A DNA stretch of 64,000 nucleotides from Candidatus Latescibacterota bacterium (GCA_965248265.1 CBDFJF010000002.1:992001-1056000), one strand, 5' to 3'; positions 9,133-20,839 are shown, counted from the first letter of the stretch. Notes: a model not told the origin generated them from the letters alone. Program-made: numbers and translations.

Positions 9133-9956
9133 GCGGTAGACGACCTGCGAGACAGGAAGAAGGTGATGTTGGCCAGCAGGATGAAGGCGATGATGATGAC
9201 GTGGGTGACTGATTGCGGTCGCATGCCCGACGAGGCTTTATCCGCCCGCCCGACTAAACTCTCGTATTCAGCGGCGCCGGCGAGGCCACCGATCATCCCT
9301 ACCATTTGGCCCGACTGGATGAAGGGAAACAGGTCAGGAGCCATGACGGCCGTGCATCCCCCTGCAAACGGGAATTTATAGCGCTCCTGCCCGTAGGGTA
9401 TCCACCAGTGGTCGATCGATTCACCGGCCGCGAGATCGAAGACGAAATCGAAGTCCGTGAGGCTGTGAACATCGCGGGTGATCGCCAAGGTGTCGGCGAG
9501 GGCGCCGAAGTTGTCCGTGGGATAGGTATTGTGAAAGTCCTGCCCCATACTCAAGATGACGGCGTAACCCCCTGGTTTGAACCCCATCAAGGCGTAGTCG
9601 ACGCCATATTTCCGGTCGGATTCCGCCCCGACCTCCTCCAATGCCGCCTGTGCCAGGCCGACGGCATCCGGCCAAAGACAGACGGCCACGACTTCGATCT
9701 CACGCTCGAACAGGTGTCGTAGCAGAGCGTGCGCCATTGGCTGCAATTCCGGTTCCGACCCTCCGCCATAGGCGAAGGAGAGCAGGACTTTGCCATCTTT
9801 CACAGCGGCGACGCGCTCGATCTGCTCATACACGGCACGCACGTTGTCCCTGGCCTGGATCGGGAATGAGAACTCCATCAGCAGCGGCACGGTAACACCG
9901 ACAAGGACGAACAGGAAGATGATGCGTCGATCGAAATTCATCAGGCGCTCGATCAT
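9129..9956 (-). CDS. Membrane-anchored protein of unknown function (GlmL-like operon)
   Basis: N- and C-terminal TM helices around an alpha/beta domain; GGCTAVMAP, GGLAGAAEYE. Confidence 0.8.
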   Translation of the reverse strand: MIERLMNFDRRIIFLFVLVGVTVPLLMEFSFPIQARDNVRAVYEQIERVAAVKDGKVLLSFAYGGGSEPELQPMAHALLRHLFEREIEVVAVCLWPDAVGLAQAALEEVGAESDRKYGVDYALMGFKPGGYAVILSMGQDFHNTYPTDNFGALADTLAITRDVHSLTDFDFVFDLAAGESIDHWWIPYGQERYKFPFAGGCTAVMAPDLFPFIQSGQMVGMIGGLAGAAEYESLVGRADKASSGMRPQSVTHVIIIAFILLANITFFLSRRSSTA

Positions 9957-10612
9957 TCCCCTTTACCTCCTCCGAGATAGGAACGCTCGATGCCAAAAAT
10001 GATGCGCAACGCTGTGGCGATCGCACCGAGGCTGACTCCCAGCAGGATGCCGCGCTTGGCCGCCATGTTCGGAACCGCCATCAGCCAATCGGAGAACTGA
10101 GGGATTATGTCGGATATGTAAGCGCCGATCGGGACCCGTCCAAGCATAACGACGATGCCCGCGATCAGTAGCAGAGCCGCTTCTGTGCTTCGTGCCCGGA
10201 AGGTGCGGTAGGCTGCCGAGGCGATGAAGAAGGCGAGAATGGAGAACATGGTCGAAGTGCACGGCACGTAGACATTCAAAAACAGCCACTGGTACCCGCC
10301 GGTCTTGGCCTGGGCGTGGAAAGGGCCGCTGCCGTCGTTGTAGATGACGAAGGCGATCATCAAGCCGAAACTGACGAAAGCGACCAGGCTGTATCCCCAG
10401 CCGGCCTGCCGGGCGCGGATGCGGCTCCAGTGCAGGTTCTTGAGGCTGTAGAGACCGAGAACATAGGCGAAGGCGGTGATGATCATGAACCACTTGGCGA
10501 GGTCGCGCTCAAGCCCCTGGGCGACCGAATGCGGCACGTAGAAGACGAGAATTCCTATCACGCCCGACACAAAAGCCAGGATGAGTGGGAAGGTCCGACG
10601 CAGAAAGAGCAT
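9953..10612 (-). CDS. Multi-pass membrane protein of unknown function (GlmL-like operon)
   Basis: About 6 TM; STMFSILAFFIASAAYRTFRARS, AAKRGI..G, LRIIFGIERSYLG. Confidence 0.8.
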   Translation of the reverse strand: MLFLRRTFPLILAFVSGVIGILVFYVPHSVAQGLERDLAKWFMIITAFAYVLGLYSLKNLHWSRIRARQAGWGYSLVAFVSFGLMIAFVIYNDGSGPFHAQAKTGGYQWLFLNVYVPCTSTMFSILAFFIASAAYRTFRARSTEAALLLIAGIVVMLGRVPIGAYISDIIPQFSDWLMAVPNMAAKRGILLGVSLGAIATALRIIFGIERSYLGGGKGE

Positions 10613-10622
10613 ATCGATTGCC

Positions 10623-11843
10623 TTAAAGGGCCTTCAACAACTGGCTCAGGAAACTGACGTCGAGGGTAGCCAGGATGACGCCGGCGATGAGGACGGCCAG
10701 GAATATGGCTTTGCCGATATCCTGTCCCTTCAGACTTCCGAGCAGTCTGGGCTCTTTGGAAAGGTAGGCGCTGGCCGCGTACAACTCCTCGCCCATCAGG
10801 GTGTAGTCGCAAGTGGTGATGAAGAATGGGAGTTGGGTGTAGGAATCAGTGCCCGCAATCTGAATAGCTCCGGTCGTGGATCCGGTTTCGGCGAACAGCA
10901 GTGACTCGGCGAAGAATCCTCCCATCATGATGTGTGCTGCCGGCCGGTCGCGCAGCATGATGCCCTGCACCGCCGCGGCGTAGCTGAACTGATCGGTGCC
11001 GGCGACAAACACGTCATCCACGTTGAAGGCGTCCGGTCGACCTGCCTCGAGATAGGCCTCCTTGACCGTCTCCTGGCTGACCGACATGACGATGGGGTCG
11101 TAGTTGGTGACGCGCAGGCGGGCGTCGAAATCGGCGGTGCGCCTGGCGACGCGACTGAGAATGTTGATGGCGGCGATCGTCGGTATCTGGGACATATCTC
11201 GGAGGCCGTGGATGAACATGACGGCCCTGCCCATCTCGGTAGCTCGTCCCAAGGCTTCGTCCAGCGCTTCCAACCCGGCGATGCGCCGGATGTAAAACTC
11301 CCGCCGTCGGGCCATCGAGATCGACAACAGTATGATGATGGAAAACACCGAGCCCAGGATGAAATTGTTGAGCTTTGACCACTTGAAGAGGTTCTCTGCT
11401 GCCGTTACTGGAGGGCTCACGGAACCGCGCAGTTCACCGGATGGAGAGCGCACAACCAGGCGCACGAAGTAGGGCCGGCCGGCGACGATCTTCGTGGAGG
11501 ATTCCCCGCCGCTGCCGTCATAGCTGTCAATATGAGCGTAATGGTAGTTGGTGTTGTCCCCGGCGAAGCCGAAAACGGCCGGGTCGTCAGATTTGAAGCT
11601 GGTGCCCGCTTCGACCTCAGCTGCCAGATGAAAGGGGCCCTTTGCCGATTCCGCCACGTAAACGCGGTAGACGGTACCCGCAGGCGCCTGGTCAGCCGGT
11701 GGCCAGGTAACGGTTATGCTGCCACCGGCGTCGTCTGGCGTGTCGGACACTTCTATCTCGGGTACCGAGGCGGCCAGTTGGGCCGACGCCGGGTGGATCA
11801 GGACGCCAGTTGCGATCAGGCCAACCAGTACGGCGAAAATCAT
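10623..11843 (-). CDS. Signal peptide + FN3-like domain + TM + DUF6754-like domain protein
   Basis: Signal ending ASA; DTPDDAGGSITVTW (FN3-like); IRRIAGLEALDEALGRATEMGR, QIAGT..QLPFFITTCDYTLMGEELYAASAYL (DUF6754 name recalled, unverified). Confidence 0.75.
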   Translation of the reverse strand: MIFAVLVGLIATGVLIHPASAQLAASVPEIEVSDTPDDAGGSITVTWPPADQAPAGTVYRVYVAESAKGPFHLAAEVEAGTSFKSDDPAVFGFAGDNTNYHYAHIDSYDGSGGESSTKIVAGRPYFVRLVVRSPSGELRGSVSPPVTAAENLFKWSKLNNFILGSVFSIIILLSISMARRREFYIRRIAGLEALDEALGRATEMGRAVMFIHGLRDMSQIPTIAAINILSRVARRTADFDARLRVTNYDPIVMSVSQETVKEAYLEAGRPDAFNVDDVFVAGTDQFSYAAAVQGIMLRDRPAAHIMMGGFFAESLLFAETGSTTGAIQIAGTDSYTQLPFFITTCDYTLMGEELYAASAYLSKEPRLLGSLKGQDIGKAIFLAVLIAGVILATLDVSFLSQLLKAL

Positions 11844-13003
11844 TCCTGGATCAGCTCCACGTTGGCACGCGGGACCACGGCCGTCGAACCATCTTCGAAT
11901 TTTACTCGCAACACGCGCACGCTGGCTTCCGTCTCGATTGCTTGAAGGTCGGCGATGAGCTCGTCGACCATGCCGATGCGGCCGAAGTAGGGGGCGCGGA
12001 TGGCCCGCAGGGGATCGCCGAGTGCCAGGCCTCCCTGGTGGCTTTCACCGGGACGCTCTGGCACGCGCCCTTCTGTGTCATCATCTGTTTTAACGGCGGC
12101 TCGATTCGAGTCGATATTTGGCACGATGATCTCAGGACGCAGCACCCCGGCACGGATCTGGGTGGCGCCCGAAACGGAGGCTTCCCGACCGTTACACGAA
12201 GATAGGATATCGAAGGTCCGTGGCGCCATCGCCATTTTGCCGAAGCCCTCGGTGATGACGACGCTGACGCCGATGTCCTCCGAGCCGGTGATGGCCACGC
12301 CGAGGTCGTATCCCAGCAGATGGTGCAGGTCGCTGTCATGGATGCCGCCACCGATCACGGCAACGGCTCCAACCTCGGCCGCTTTGGCGATGGCGTCACT
12401 GGTCACCAGGCCGCCCCCTACGACGATCTTGCCGTTGCACTCGGAGTCGATCTGATCGGGCAGCAGGTCATCGTCCCGACTCGCCGCAACCTGACGAAGA
12501 GTTCCCCAGCGTTCGCCACCGACACCAAAAATGCCCTGCACCAGCGCACCCTCAACTTCAACGTGAACGCCCTCATCCTCGATCAGTTCGGTGACGACGC
12601 CATCGACGTAGGCGGAGATTTCCACCGGAGCCGGCGGGCGTCGCAGTATCACCTGTCCTGTCACCGGTGAAATGCTTTCAACGACACCATCGACCTCCGA
12701 TTTTATCACCGTCTTGAACCACTTGATCAGAGGATGGGTCTCAGCTAACGGCTCACCCACGGCGACAGCGTCACCCTCCTCCTTCAGCATGTAGCGTGAC
12801 AACTCCTGCGGCGTGATTCCAAGGCGGTTCACCAGGTTCACGGTGACGACATCACCCGGCATTTCGGTGCGGGCAACGACTTGGTCGCGCTGAACGAGGT
12901 CGCCGACCGATACCAGGACTTCGCCAAGCAGTGGCAGCCGTCGCTCCTTGACCAACCGAGTGCGAGGGGTAACCCGGAGTCCGGGGGTGTAGGCGTGCGC
13001 CAT
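11840..13003 (-). CDS. Conserved cytoplasmic protein with barrel-sandwich-hybrid-like repeats and a C-terminal KOW/SH3-like module
   Basis: GEVLVSVGDLV and LKEEGDAVAVGEPLA..SEVDGVV hybrid-motif patterns; TEGFG, ATQIRAGVLRPE; RAPYFGRIGMV..VPRANVE. Confidence 0.75.
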   Translation of the reverse strand: MAHAYTPGLRVTPRTRLVKERRLPLLGEVLVSVGDLVQRDQVVARTEMPGDVVTVNLVNRLGITPQELSRYMLKEEGDAVAVGEPLAETHPLIKWFKTVIKSEVDGVVESISPVTGQVILRRPPAPVEISAYVDGVVTELIEDEGVHVEVEGALVQGIFGVGGERWGTLRQVAASRDDDLLPDQIDSECNGKIVVGGGLVTSDAIAKAAEVGAVAVIGGGIHDSDLHHLLGYDLGVAITGSEDIGVSVVITEGFGKMAMAPRTFDILSSCNGREASVSGATQIRAGVLRPEIIVPNIDSNRAAVKTDDDTEGRVPERPGESHQGGLALGDPLRAIRAPYFGRIGMVDELIADLQAIETEASVRVLRVKFEDGSTAVVPRANVELIQE

Positions 13004-13005
13004 GT

Positions 13006-14817
<1,812 letters not shown>

Positions 14818-14818
14818 A

Positions 14819-15157
14819 TCAGTCGTGGTGATGGTTCTCTCTCCGCTCAATGGTCTCGATGAGGAGATCCACGCTCCGGCGCTTTTCAAGCAATCCCACG
14901 AAGCGATCGTACTCGGTTGAAGCGAAGATCAGGGTGGCGAACGGAGACATGAACGCGAGAAGCTGGCTGCCGACGAAATTCAGGGGCCTGCCGCTTTCGA
15001 GCAGCATCAACGCCGGCGTCGTCAAGCGGCGCTCGACGACGAAATCAGCGAAACGACAGACCAGGTGCCGCTCCTCGTCGTCGAAGGAACCATCCCGCTC
15101 CTCGTCGATGGCGAAGGCGTGTGCCGCCCAGGCCTTAAAGCCGTCAAGAGCCGACAT
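14819..15157 (-). CDS. Small conserved hypothetical protein
   Basis: VERRLTTPALMLLESGRPLNFVGSQ motif; ATG at 15157 preceded by GGAG. Confidence 0.75.
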   Translation of the reverse strand: MSALDGFKAWAAHAFAIDEERDGSFDDEERHLVCRFADFVVERRLTTPALMLLESGRPLNFVGSQLLAFMSPFATLIFASTEYDRFVGLLEKRRSVDLLIETIERRENHHHD

Positions 15158-15557
15158 GCTGCTCCACGAATGACGATACGCTTTCCCGGTTGCCAGGGCA
15201 GCGGATGAACTCGCCACGGAAGGAATCGAGGCGGTGTGCATGTTCGAACGGACTCAGGAATAGGCCATCACGACGGATCCGGGCACGCCCGAAGTCGGAC
15301 CAGGTGCGGCGCTTCTTCCACAACAGGTGCTCCGTTTCGACGCCCGATGCGTCTAAACGGTAGCGCGTTGGAAACAGGTAGCGGGACATTGCGGTTATCA
15401 GAGTTATGAGGCTGATCACCCCGTAAACGACGCCACCGAAGCTGTGCGCCGCGAGCAAAGGAAAAGCCACCAATGCCAGGCACAGGGAGGCGGATTTAAA
15501 CCGTGTTTCTTCCACAAGGGGGTGGACGATCCACTGCAGTGTCTTGGCGTCGCTCAT
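15144..15557 (-). CDS. Two-TM protein with a bacterial PH-like C-terminal domain
   Basis: Two hydrophobic helices, then FPTRYRLDASGV..RRTWSDF..LSPF..RLDSFRG. Confidence 0.7.
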   Translation of the reverse strand: MSDAKTLQWIVHPLVEETRFKSASLCLALVAFPLLAAHSFGGVVYGVISLITLITAMSRYLFPTRYRLDASGVETEHLLWKKRRTWSDFGRARIRRDGLFLSPFEHAHRLDSFRGEFIRCPGNRESVSSFVEQHVGS

Positions 15558-16228
15558 TCGGCCGCGATGCTGTCCTCGGGCACGATCAGGATTTCCCGTC
15601 CCCGGCAGTGGATATACCCCTCGACCTCCAGCTGCTTGAGAGCCCGCGTGACCGTTTCTCTGGTTGTGCCGGCCATGTTGGCCAGTTGCTGGTGGGTCGG
15701 CCGGCGCTCGATCAGGATGCCGTCCGCCGTCTCGACGCCATCGTCGGTGGCCAATCGCAGGATCGTCTTGGCGACACGGCTGTACACGTTGAGCAACGCC
15801 AGCCCGCCGACCTGATCGTCAGTGCGTCGCAGTCTTCCGGCGAGCTCCTCGAGCAAGGTTACCGCGATAGCGGGAACGCGGTTGACGAGTTCCTGGAAAT
15901 CGGAGCGTTTGAGGATGATGAGCTCAGTATCTTCCGTGGCCACGACGTTGGCTGAGCGGGGACGGTCATCCAGCAGTGCCAGCTCGCCGAAGAACTCGCC
16001 TTCGCCCAACAGAGACAGAATAAACTCACGGCCGTCCTCGTGAAGCAGGCTGACCTTCACCTGCCCCTCGCGGATGATGAAGAGTGAATCCCCTGCCTCC
16101 GCTGCCAGAATGATGAGCTGGCCTTTGGTGAAGTTGCGTGTGAAGGAGAGCTCCGACAGCGCATCGATCTCGCTGTTACCGAGCGCATCGAACAGAGGAA
16201 CGCGGCGCAAAAAATCAGAGGTCGACAA
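15554..16228 (-). CDS. Crp/Fnr family transcriptional regulator
   Basis: cNMP-binding FFGELALLDDRPRSA; HTH THQQLANMAGTTRETVTR. Confidence 0.93.
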   Translation of the reverse strand: MSTSDFLRRVPLFDALGNSEIDALSELSFTRNFTKGQLIILAAEAGDSLFIIREGQVKVSLLHEDGREFILSLLGEGEFFGELALLDDRPRSANVVATEDTELIILKRSDFQELVNRVPAIAVTLLEELAGRLRRTDDQVGGLALLNVYSRVAKTILRLATDDGVETADGILIERRPTHQQLANMAGTTRETVTRALKQLEVEGYIHCRGREILIVPEDSIAAE

Positions 16229-16381
16229 CGGAACTCAACCTTTCAACGTGAACTGCGTCAACCGCACTGTTGGTCCCGCTGGTGCGTGCAAGTCACACAC
16301 GTGCGGGCCTTATGTCTGGCGGGTATTTGGTGGTTACTGACTAATATCGTCGCCATCACCCGTGATATCCAAGCATAGTGA

Positions 16382-17359
16382 TCAAGTTGTATCGGCGATC
16401 CCTCCGGCCTCGCGCACAAGAGCAGCCAGGTTGGCGCGTTCGTGCTGAGGATCCACCAGACCGCTCAGGTCCTTACAATGCTGTCTGAGGCTGTCGTAAA
16501 ACGCCGAATCCGTCTCCGTCCGCTGCAGCAACTCAGCAAGCGCCTGGGTGTCGGAGTACGGAAAATACCCAGAATAATCAGCTCCCAACAATCCCACGGA
16601 TCCGGATATTCGAGATGACAGTACGGGTGTGCCACAGGCCAGTGCTTCGCCGACGACATTGGCTCCTCCCTCCATCTGTGAAGACAGAATCAGCAAGCGG
16701 CTCTTCGCCAGCAGTCGCAAAGCGCGCCACCTGGGCAGCTCGCCGAGCCAGCGGTAGCGCGGGTTGGCCGCCTGCTCGTCGCGAGCCTGCGTCGCCATGG
16801 CCGTTTCGATCGCGCCGCCGGCATGCAGGATTCGAATCCTGGACGACGGCGGCAACAGTCGCGAGGCGGCGGCGGCCCGAAACGGATCCTTCACCGGCCT
16901 CAGGTGGCCCAACACGCAGGCGTCGAATGAACTGCCCCGCCTGGATGCCAGTGGGTCGTTGAGGACTGGTGGCCGCACCGACTGGAAGATCACCCGTGCA
17001 CGTCCACGGTGGCGCTGCGGCAGCTCGTCGATTCCGCACGGTTGCAAAACGATGAACAGATCGGCTAATTCCAGCGCCGTCCTGGCAGCCGCGTCGGAAT
17101 GAATGTCGCCGTAGAGATCGGTGCCGGTGAGGGCCAGTACCAATGGTCTGGTCGGATGCCGGTCGCGAAAATGCTGGATCGATTCGAAGCTGCGCCGTGC
17201 ATGCAGGGCGATGAGCAGATCGCATCGCTGCCGATCGAATGTCTGGGCGATGCGGACGGTGTGTCCCAACTCGCGCAGCAGGCGTGACCATCGCAAGGCG
17301 GTGACCCGATTGCCCGAACGCGAGCGTGGTGCCGCCGGCGTCACGATCAGGACGTTCAC
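16382..17359 (-). CDS. senB: Selenosugar synthase SenB (TIGR04348-type glycosyltransferase)
   Basis: IVTPA..SGNRVTALRW, IALHARRS, LTGTDLY, GHLRPVKDP, MEGGANV; overlaps the senA stop; lies next to selD. Confidence 0.9.
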   Translation of the reverse strand: MNVLIVTPAAPRSRSGNRVTALRWSRLLRELGHTVRIAQTFDRQRCDLLIALHARRSFESIQHFRDRHPTRPLVLALTGTDLYGDIHSDAAARTALELADLFIVLQPCGIDELPQRHRGRARVIFQSVRPPVLNDPLASRRGSSFDACVLGHLRPVKDPFRAAAASRLLPPSSRIRILHAGGAIETAMATQARDEQAANPRYRWLGELPRWRALRLLAKSRLLILSSQMEGGANVVGEALACGTPVLSSRISGSVGLLGADYSGYFPYSDTQALAELLQRTETDSAFYDSLRQHCKDLSGLVDPQHERANLAALVREAGGIADTT

Positions 17360-18675
17360 GGTACGGCACAGGTGCGGAATCCGGTCAGCACGTCGCGCCG
17401 GTCAGGCGTTTGGAAATTTCGATAGTTGGTGCGGATCAGCCGAGAACGCGTCGTCCAGCATCCGCCCCGCATCACCATGCGCGTAGCGAACCACGGTTCA
17501 GAATATTCCTTGTAGGAATCCACCTCGAAACCGGGAAAGGGTTCGAAGGTCGAGCTCGTCCATTCCCACACATTGCCGATCATCTGCCGGCAACCGAAGG
17601 CACTGTCCCCGTCGGGAAGGGCGCCGACATCGACGCAGCCCATGGCACGCCAGTCGAGGTTTGCGCGGGTCGGGTTGGGCACCTCATCACCCCATGGAAA
17701 GCGCCGTTTGACAGCGGCAAGCCCTCCCCCTGCAGCGGGTTCGGAGCTGGCTGCGGCTTCCCATTCTGCCTCACTGGGCAAACGACGGCCGGCCCAGCGA
17801 CAATAGGTGTCCGCCTCGAACCAGTTGACGTGAATGACAGGTTTGTCTGCCTCCAGTTCCACCCATTGATCGAAATTGCGCCGTTCCCAGCCACCGTCTG
17901 CTCTGCGTCGCCAATAGACATGACAATGCGCATTCTCCGCCTGCCGCCACTCCCAACCGGCATCGCTCCAACACGTGCGCTGGTCATAACCACCGTCGTC
18001 GATGAAGGCAGCGTACTCGGACTGGGTCACGGGGGCGTGGGCAATCCTGAACGGATTCAGTTCCACCGGATGGGCCCACTTCTCGTTGTCGAACACGAAC
18101 GGCTCCTCTGGAGTCGACCCCAGCAGGTAGGTGCCTCCAGGAACGTCGGCATCACCCGTGCATGGCCCGCCGCCGATGTCTCGGTCAGAGCGCGCAACAT
18201 TCAGCGCCGGCTCCGGATAAGACAGTGTCTGTCGCGTGTAGGTGAGGGCCTCCGTGTGCATGTCTTCATGCAGTACCGAGTACAGGGTGTGGTAAGCCAG
18301 GTTGTCATCCGGACCCTTGCTTTGTAGCTGTTCGATCAATTGATCACGGACGGTACGGACGTAATTGAGGGTTTCCTCACGTGATGGCAGCGGCAGGTCC
18401 CAGCGGGTGTCGTGTGCGATGGCGATCGAATCGTAGAGGGCGTCTTCGTCGTCTCTTACCGGGGCGAGGCCACAGGCATGGCGCAGGGCCCAGAAGGACT
18501 GGAACCAGGCGTGATGTCCGATCTCCCACAGCCCTGGGTTGACGGTCGGGAGCTGGGCACCGATGAGGTCTTCATTGGACAGGTCGGATACCAGCTCGAG
18601 GGTCCGCTCGCGGGCTTCAGCAACCCAATCGATCAAATCCTCGACGGAGACTGCTTTCGTTACGTCGGTAGTCAT
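17356..18675 (-). CDS. senA: Selenoneine synthase SenA (EgtB homolog: DinB + FGE-sulfatase domains)
   Basis: NPGLWEIGH, LYDS, HEDMHTEA iron-ligand motif (not the HEQQHQE of EgtB), FDNEKWAH, RLPSEAEWE, GNVWEW; senB/selD context. Confidence 0.88.
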   Translation of the reverse strand: MTTDVTKAVSVEDLIDWVAEARERTLELVSDLSNEDLIGAQLPTVNPGLWEIGHHAWFQSFWALRHACGLAPVRDDEDALYDSIAIAHDTRWDLPLPSREETLNYVRTVRDQLIEQLQSKGPDDNLAYHTLYSVLHEDMHTEALTYTRQTLSYPEPALNVARSDRDIGGGPCTGDADVPGGTYLLGSTPEEPFVFDNEKWAHPVELNPFRIAHAPVTQSEYAAFIDDGGYDQRTCWSDAGWEWRQAENAHCHVYWRRRADGGWERRNFDQWVELEADKPVIHVNWFEADTYCRWAGRRLPSEAEWEAAASSEPAAGGGLAAVKRRFPWGDEVPNPTRANLDWRAMGCVDVGALPDGDSAFGCRQMIGNVWEWTSSTFEPFPGFEVDSYKEYSEPWFATRMVMRGGCWTTRSRLIRTNYRNFQTPDRRDVLTGFRTCAVP

Positions 18676-18848
18676 GGCAATAACTCAGGATGATCGCCGT
18701 AAGGATTGAAAGTGCAGGGACGCTGGGACCGCCGAATAATAGGGCCAAGGTTGAGCCCGATCAATGATAAATGGCTGTACTTGCACGAATTAGGAGTTGT
18801 GCGATTTTCGTATGTCTACATCAACTGCTAACACATGATGGGGGCACA

Positions 18849-19904
18849 GTGGCACTATTTTCCAAGAAAAAGACGCTGACCGGACTCGCCAAGACCTGCG
18901 GGTGAGCAGCCAAGGTGAGTCCGGTCGGACTCGACAAGCTGCTCCAGGCATTACCAAAGAAAGTCGACCCGAATCTACTGGTGGGTTTCGAGACGAGCGA
19001 TGACGCGGGTGTGTACCGATTGACCGACGATGTGGCCCTCGTCGTCACCGCCGACATCATCACTCCACCGGTAGACGACCCCTTCGTGTTCGGGCAGATC
19101 GGCGCCGCGAACTCAATCAGCGACGTGTACGCCATGGGCGGCAAACCAGTCACCTGCCTGAATCTGCTCGGTTTTCCTACGACCGAATTGGGGCCGGAGG
19201 TTCTGCAGGGGATTGTCGAGGGGGCGCTGACTAAGATCACGGAAGCCGAGGCGGTCCTGGCGGGGGGGCACACGACGGAAGATGAGGAGCCCAAGTTCGG
19301 CCTGGCAGTGACCGGAGTCGTGCATCCGAAAAAATACTGGCACAACAAGGGGGCCAGGCAGGGTGAGGTGTTGATTCTGACCAAGCGAATCGGCAGCGGC
19401 GTCTTGTTCAATGCCAATCTCAAGGGCTTGGTGCCGGAGGCGGCGATGAAGGCATGCATCGATTCGCTGATAACGCTGAACAAGTCGGCGGCGGAGGTGC
19501 TCCAGCACTACGACGTCAGTGCGGTCACGGACATAACCGGATTCGGCCTTGCCGGCCACGCTCTGGAAATGGCCAAGGGGTCGGATGTGACGCTGGAGAT
19601 CGACATCGATGCGATTCCGGTGATGGCAGAAGCTGCGAACATGTACGACAAGGGGGTTACTACCGGGTCCAATTTGAACAACCGCGCCCTGATCACCGGC
19701 CATACCCATTTCGATCGCGAGCTGCCCGGCAACAGCGGGGAGATTTTCGTGGACCCGCAGACCAGCGGCGGTTTACTGGCGGCGCTACCGGAGTCCCAGG
19801 CACAGGAGGCCCTTAGTAGAATGCACGACGCTGGGTTGGACGCCGCCTGCATCATTGGGCATGTTCGTCCACCCTCGGCGCCAGACTATCTGGTCTTCAA
19901 ATAA
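18849..19904 (+). CDS. selD: Selenide, water dikinase (SelD/SenC), selenocysteine-containing
   Basis: GTG 18849 gives MALFSKKKTLTGLAKTCG-TGA(18903)-AAKVSP, the U-x-x-K active site; DDAGVY, ANSISDVYAMGG, GGHT, TDITGFGL, DPQTSGGLL. Confidence 0.95.
18917..18932 (+). promoter_or_regulatory. SECIS element of selD
   Basis: UGA + 11 nt + perfect stem GAGUCC-(GGUC loop)-GGACUC. Confidence 0.8.
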
Positions 19905-19909
19905 TCATC

Positions 19910-19970
19910 AACATCAATCTTAAACACCAATCATAAAACACCAATTATAAACACCAACTATAAACACCAG
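19910..19970 (+). repeat. Five 13-14-bp tandem repeats (core AACACCAA) in the selD-transporter intergenic region
   Basis: Cores at 19910 (AACATCAA), 19923, 19937, 19950 and 19963 (AACACCAG); no G on the + strand from 19894 to 19969. Confidence 0.85.
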
Positions 19971-19984
19971 GGAGAGCGTTCTAC

Positions 19985-20839
19985 ATGAAGTGGATTTCCT
20001 TGCTGTCGTTGTTGCTGACCATCTCCACCGCCACCGCTGAACAGGCTTTTCGCTTCACCGCCATACCGGATCAAGACACTACCCGCCTGCAGGAGCGCTT
20101 TGACGGCATCGCCACCTATCTGTCCGGCAGGCTTGGGGTCACGGTCGGTTACATTCCTGTAAAGTCATACGCCGCTTCCGTGCAGGCTTTCAAAAACGAT
20201 GAAGTGCAGCTTGCATGGTTCGGGGGCCTGTCAGGCGTCAAGGCTCGCCGTGCAGTGCCCGGATCAAAGGCGATCGCGCAGGGGCAGGAGGATCTCGCCT
20301 TCGTGTCCTATTTCATCGCCCACGCCAGCACGGGACTGAAGGAGTCTGAGGAGTTCCCAGAGGGGATTCGGGGCAAGACCTTCACCTTTGGATCGAAAGG
20401 CTCGACCTCCGGCCGTCTGATGCCGGAATTCTACCTGCGCAAGCACCTGGGTGGCGCCCCCACCGAGGTCTTCGAGCGCCACGGCTTCAGCGGTGATCAC
20501 TCCAAGACCATCGCGCTGGTGCAATCGGGAAGCTGGCAGGTGGGCGCTCTCAACTACAAGGTGTGGGACACCGAGCTCAAGGAAGGCAAGATCGATACCA
20601 GCAAAGTCAGCGTCATCTGGCGGACACCGACGTACCCGGATTACAACTGGTCCATACGCGGGGATGTGGAGGGAAAGTACGGCAAGGGTTTTATCGATCG
20701 CGTCCAACAGGCGCTGTTGCAGATGGAAGATCGCAGCCTGCTGGATCGTTTCCCACGCACCAAGTTCGTACCCGCGAACAATGATATGTACGGTCCGATC
20801 CTCAGCACGGGCACGGCCATCGGCCTGTTCGAGAAATGA
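19985..20839 (+). CDS. Putative selenate ABC transporter substrate-binding protein (PhnD-like, TIGR04553-type)
   Basis: Signal peptide; FTAIPDQD, LAWFGGLSGV.AR, FTFGSKGSTSGRLMP, FSGDHSKT, YPDYNW; directly follows selD. Confidence 0.85.
   Translation: MKWISLLSLLLTISTATAEQAFRFTAIPDQDTTRLQERFDGIATYLSGRLGVTVGYIPVKSYAASVQAFKNDEVQLAWFGGLSGVKARRAVPGSKAIAQGQEDLAFVSYFIAHASTGLKESEEFPEGIRGKTFTFGSKGSTSGRLMPEFYLRKHLGGAPTEVFERHGFSGDHSKTIALVQSGSWQVGALNYKVWDTELKEGKIDTSKVSVIWRTPTYPDYNWSIRGDVEGKYGKGFIDRVQQALLQMEDRSLLDRFPRTKFVPANNDMYGPILSTGTAIGLFEK

Noticed and set aside
16283-16300. Crp operator upstream of crp
   Set aside because: Only one TGTGA half-site is present (minus strand), and the second half does not match TCACA
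17356-18675. Ergothioneine sulfoxide synthase EgtB
   Set aside because: The HEDMHTEA motif and the senB/selD neighbours fit SenA, and there is no egtC/egtD nearby
18783-18802. Imperfect palindrome GCACGAAT-TAGG-AGTTGTGC in the senA/selD divergent region as an operator
   Set aside because: Only 6 of 8 positions match and I found no second copy, so it is too weak to call without comparative data
18849-19904. selD pseudogene with a nonsense mutation
   Set aside because: The TGA falls exactly at the catalytic C/U position and is followed by a well-formed SECIS-like hairpin
19910-19970. CRISPR array or iteron origin
   Set aside because: The units are only 13-14 bp and contiguous, with no spacers, and no cas or rep gene is present
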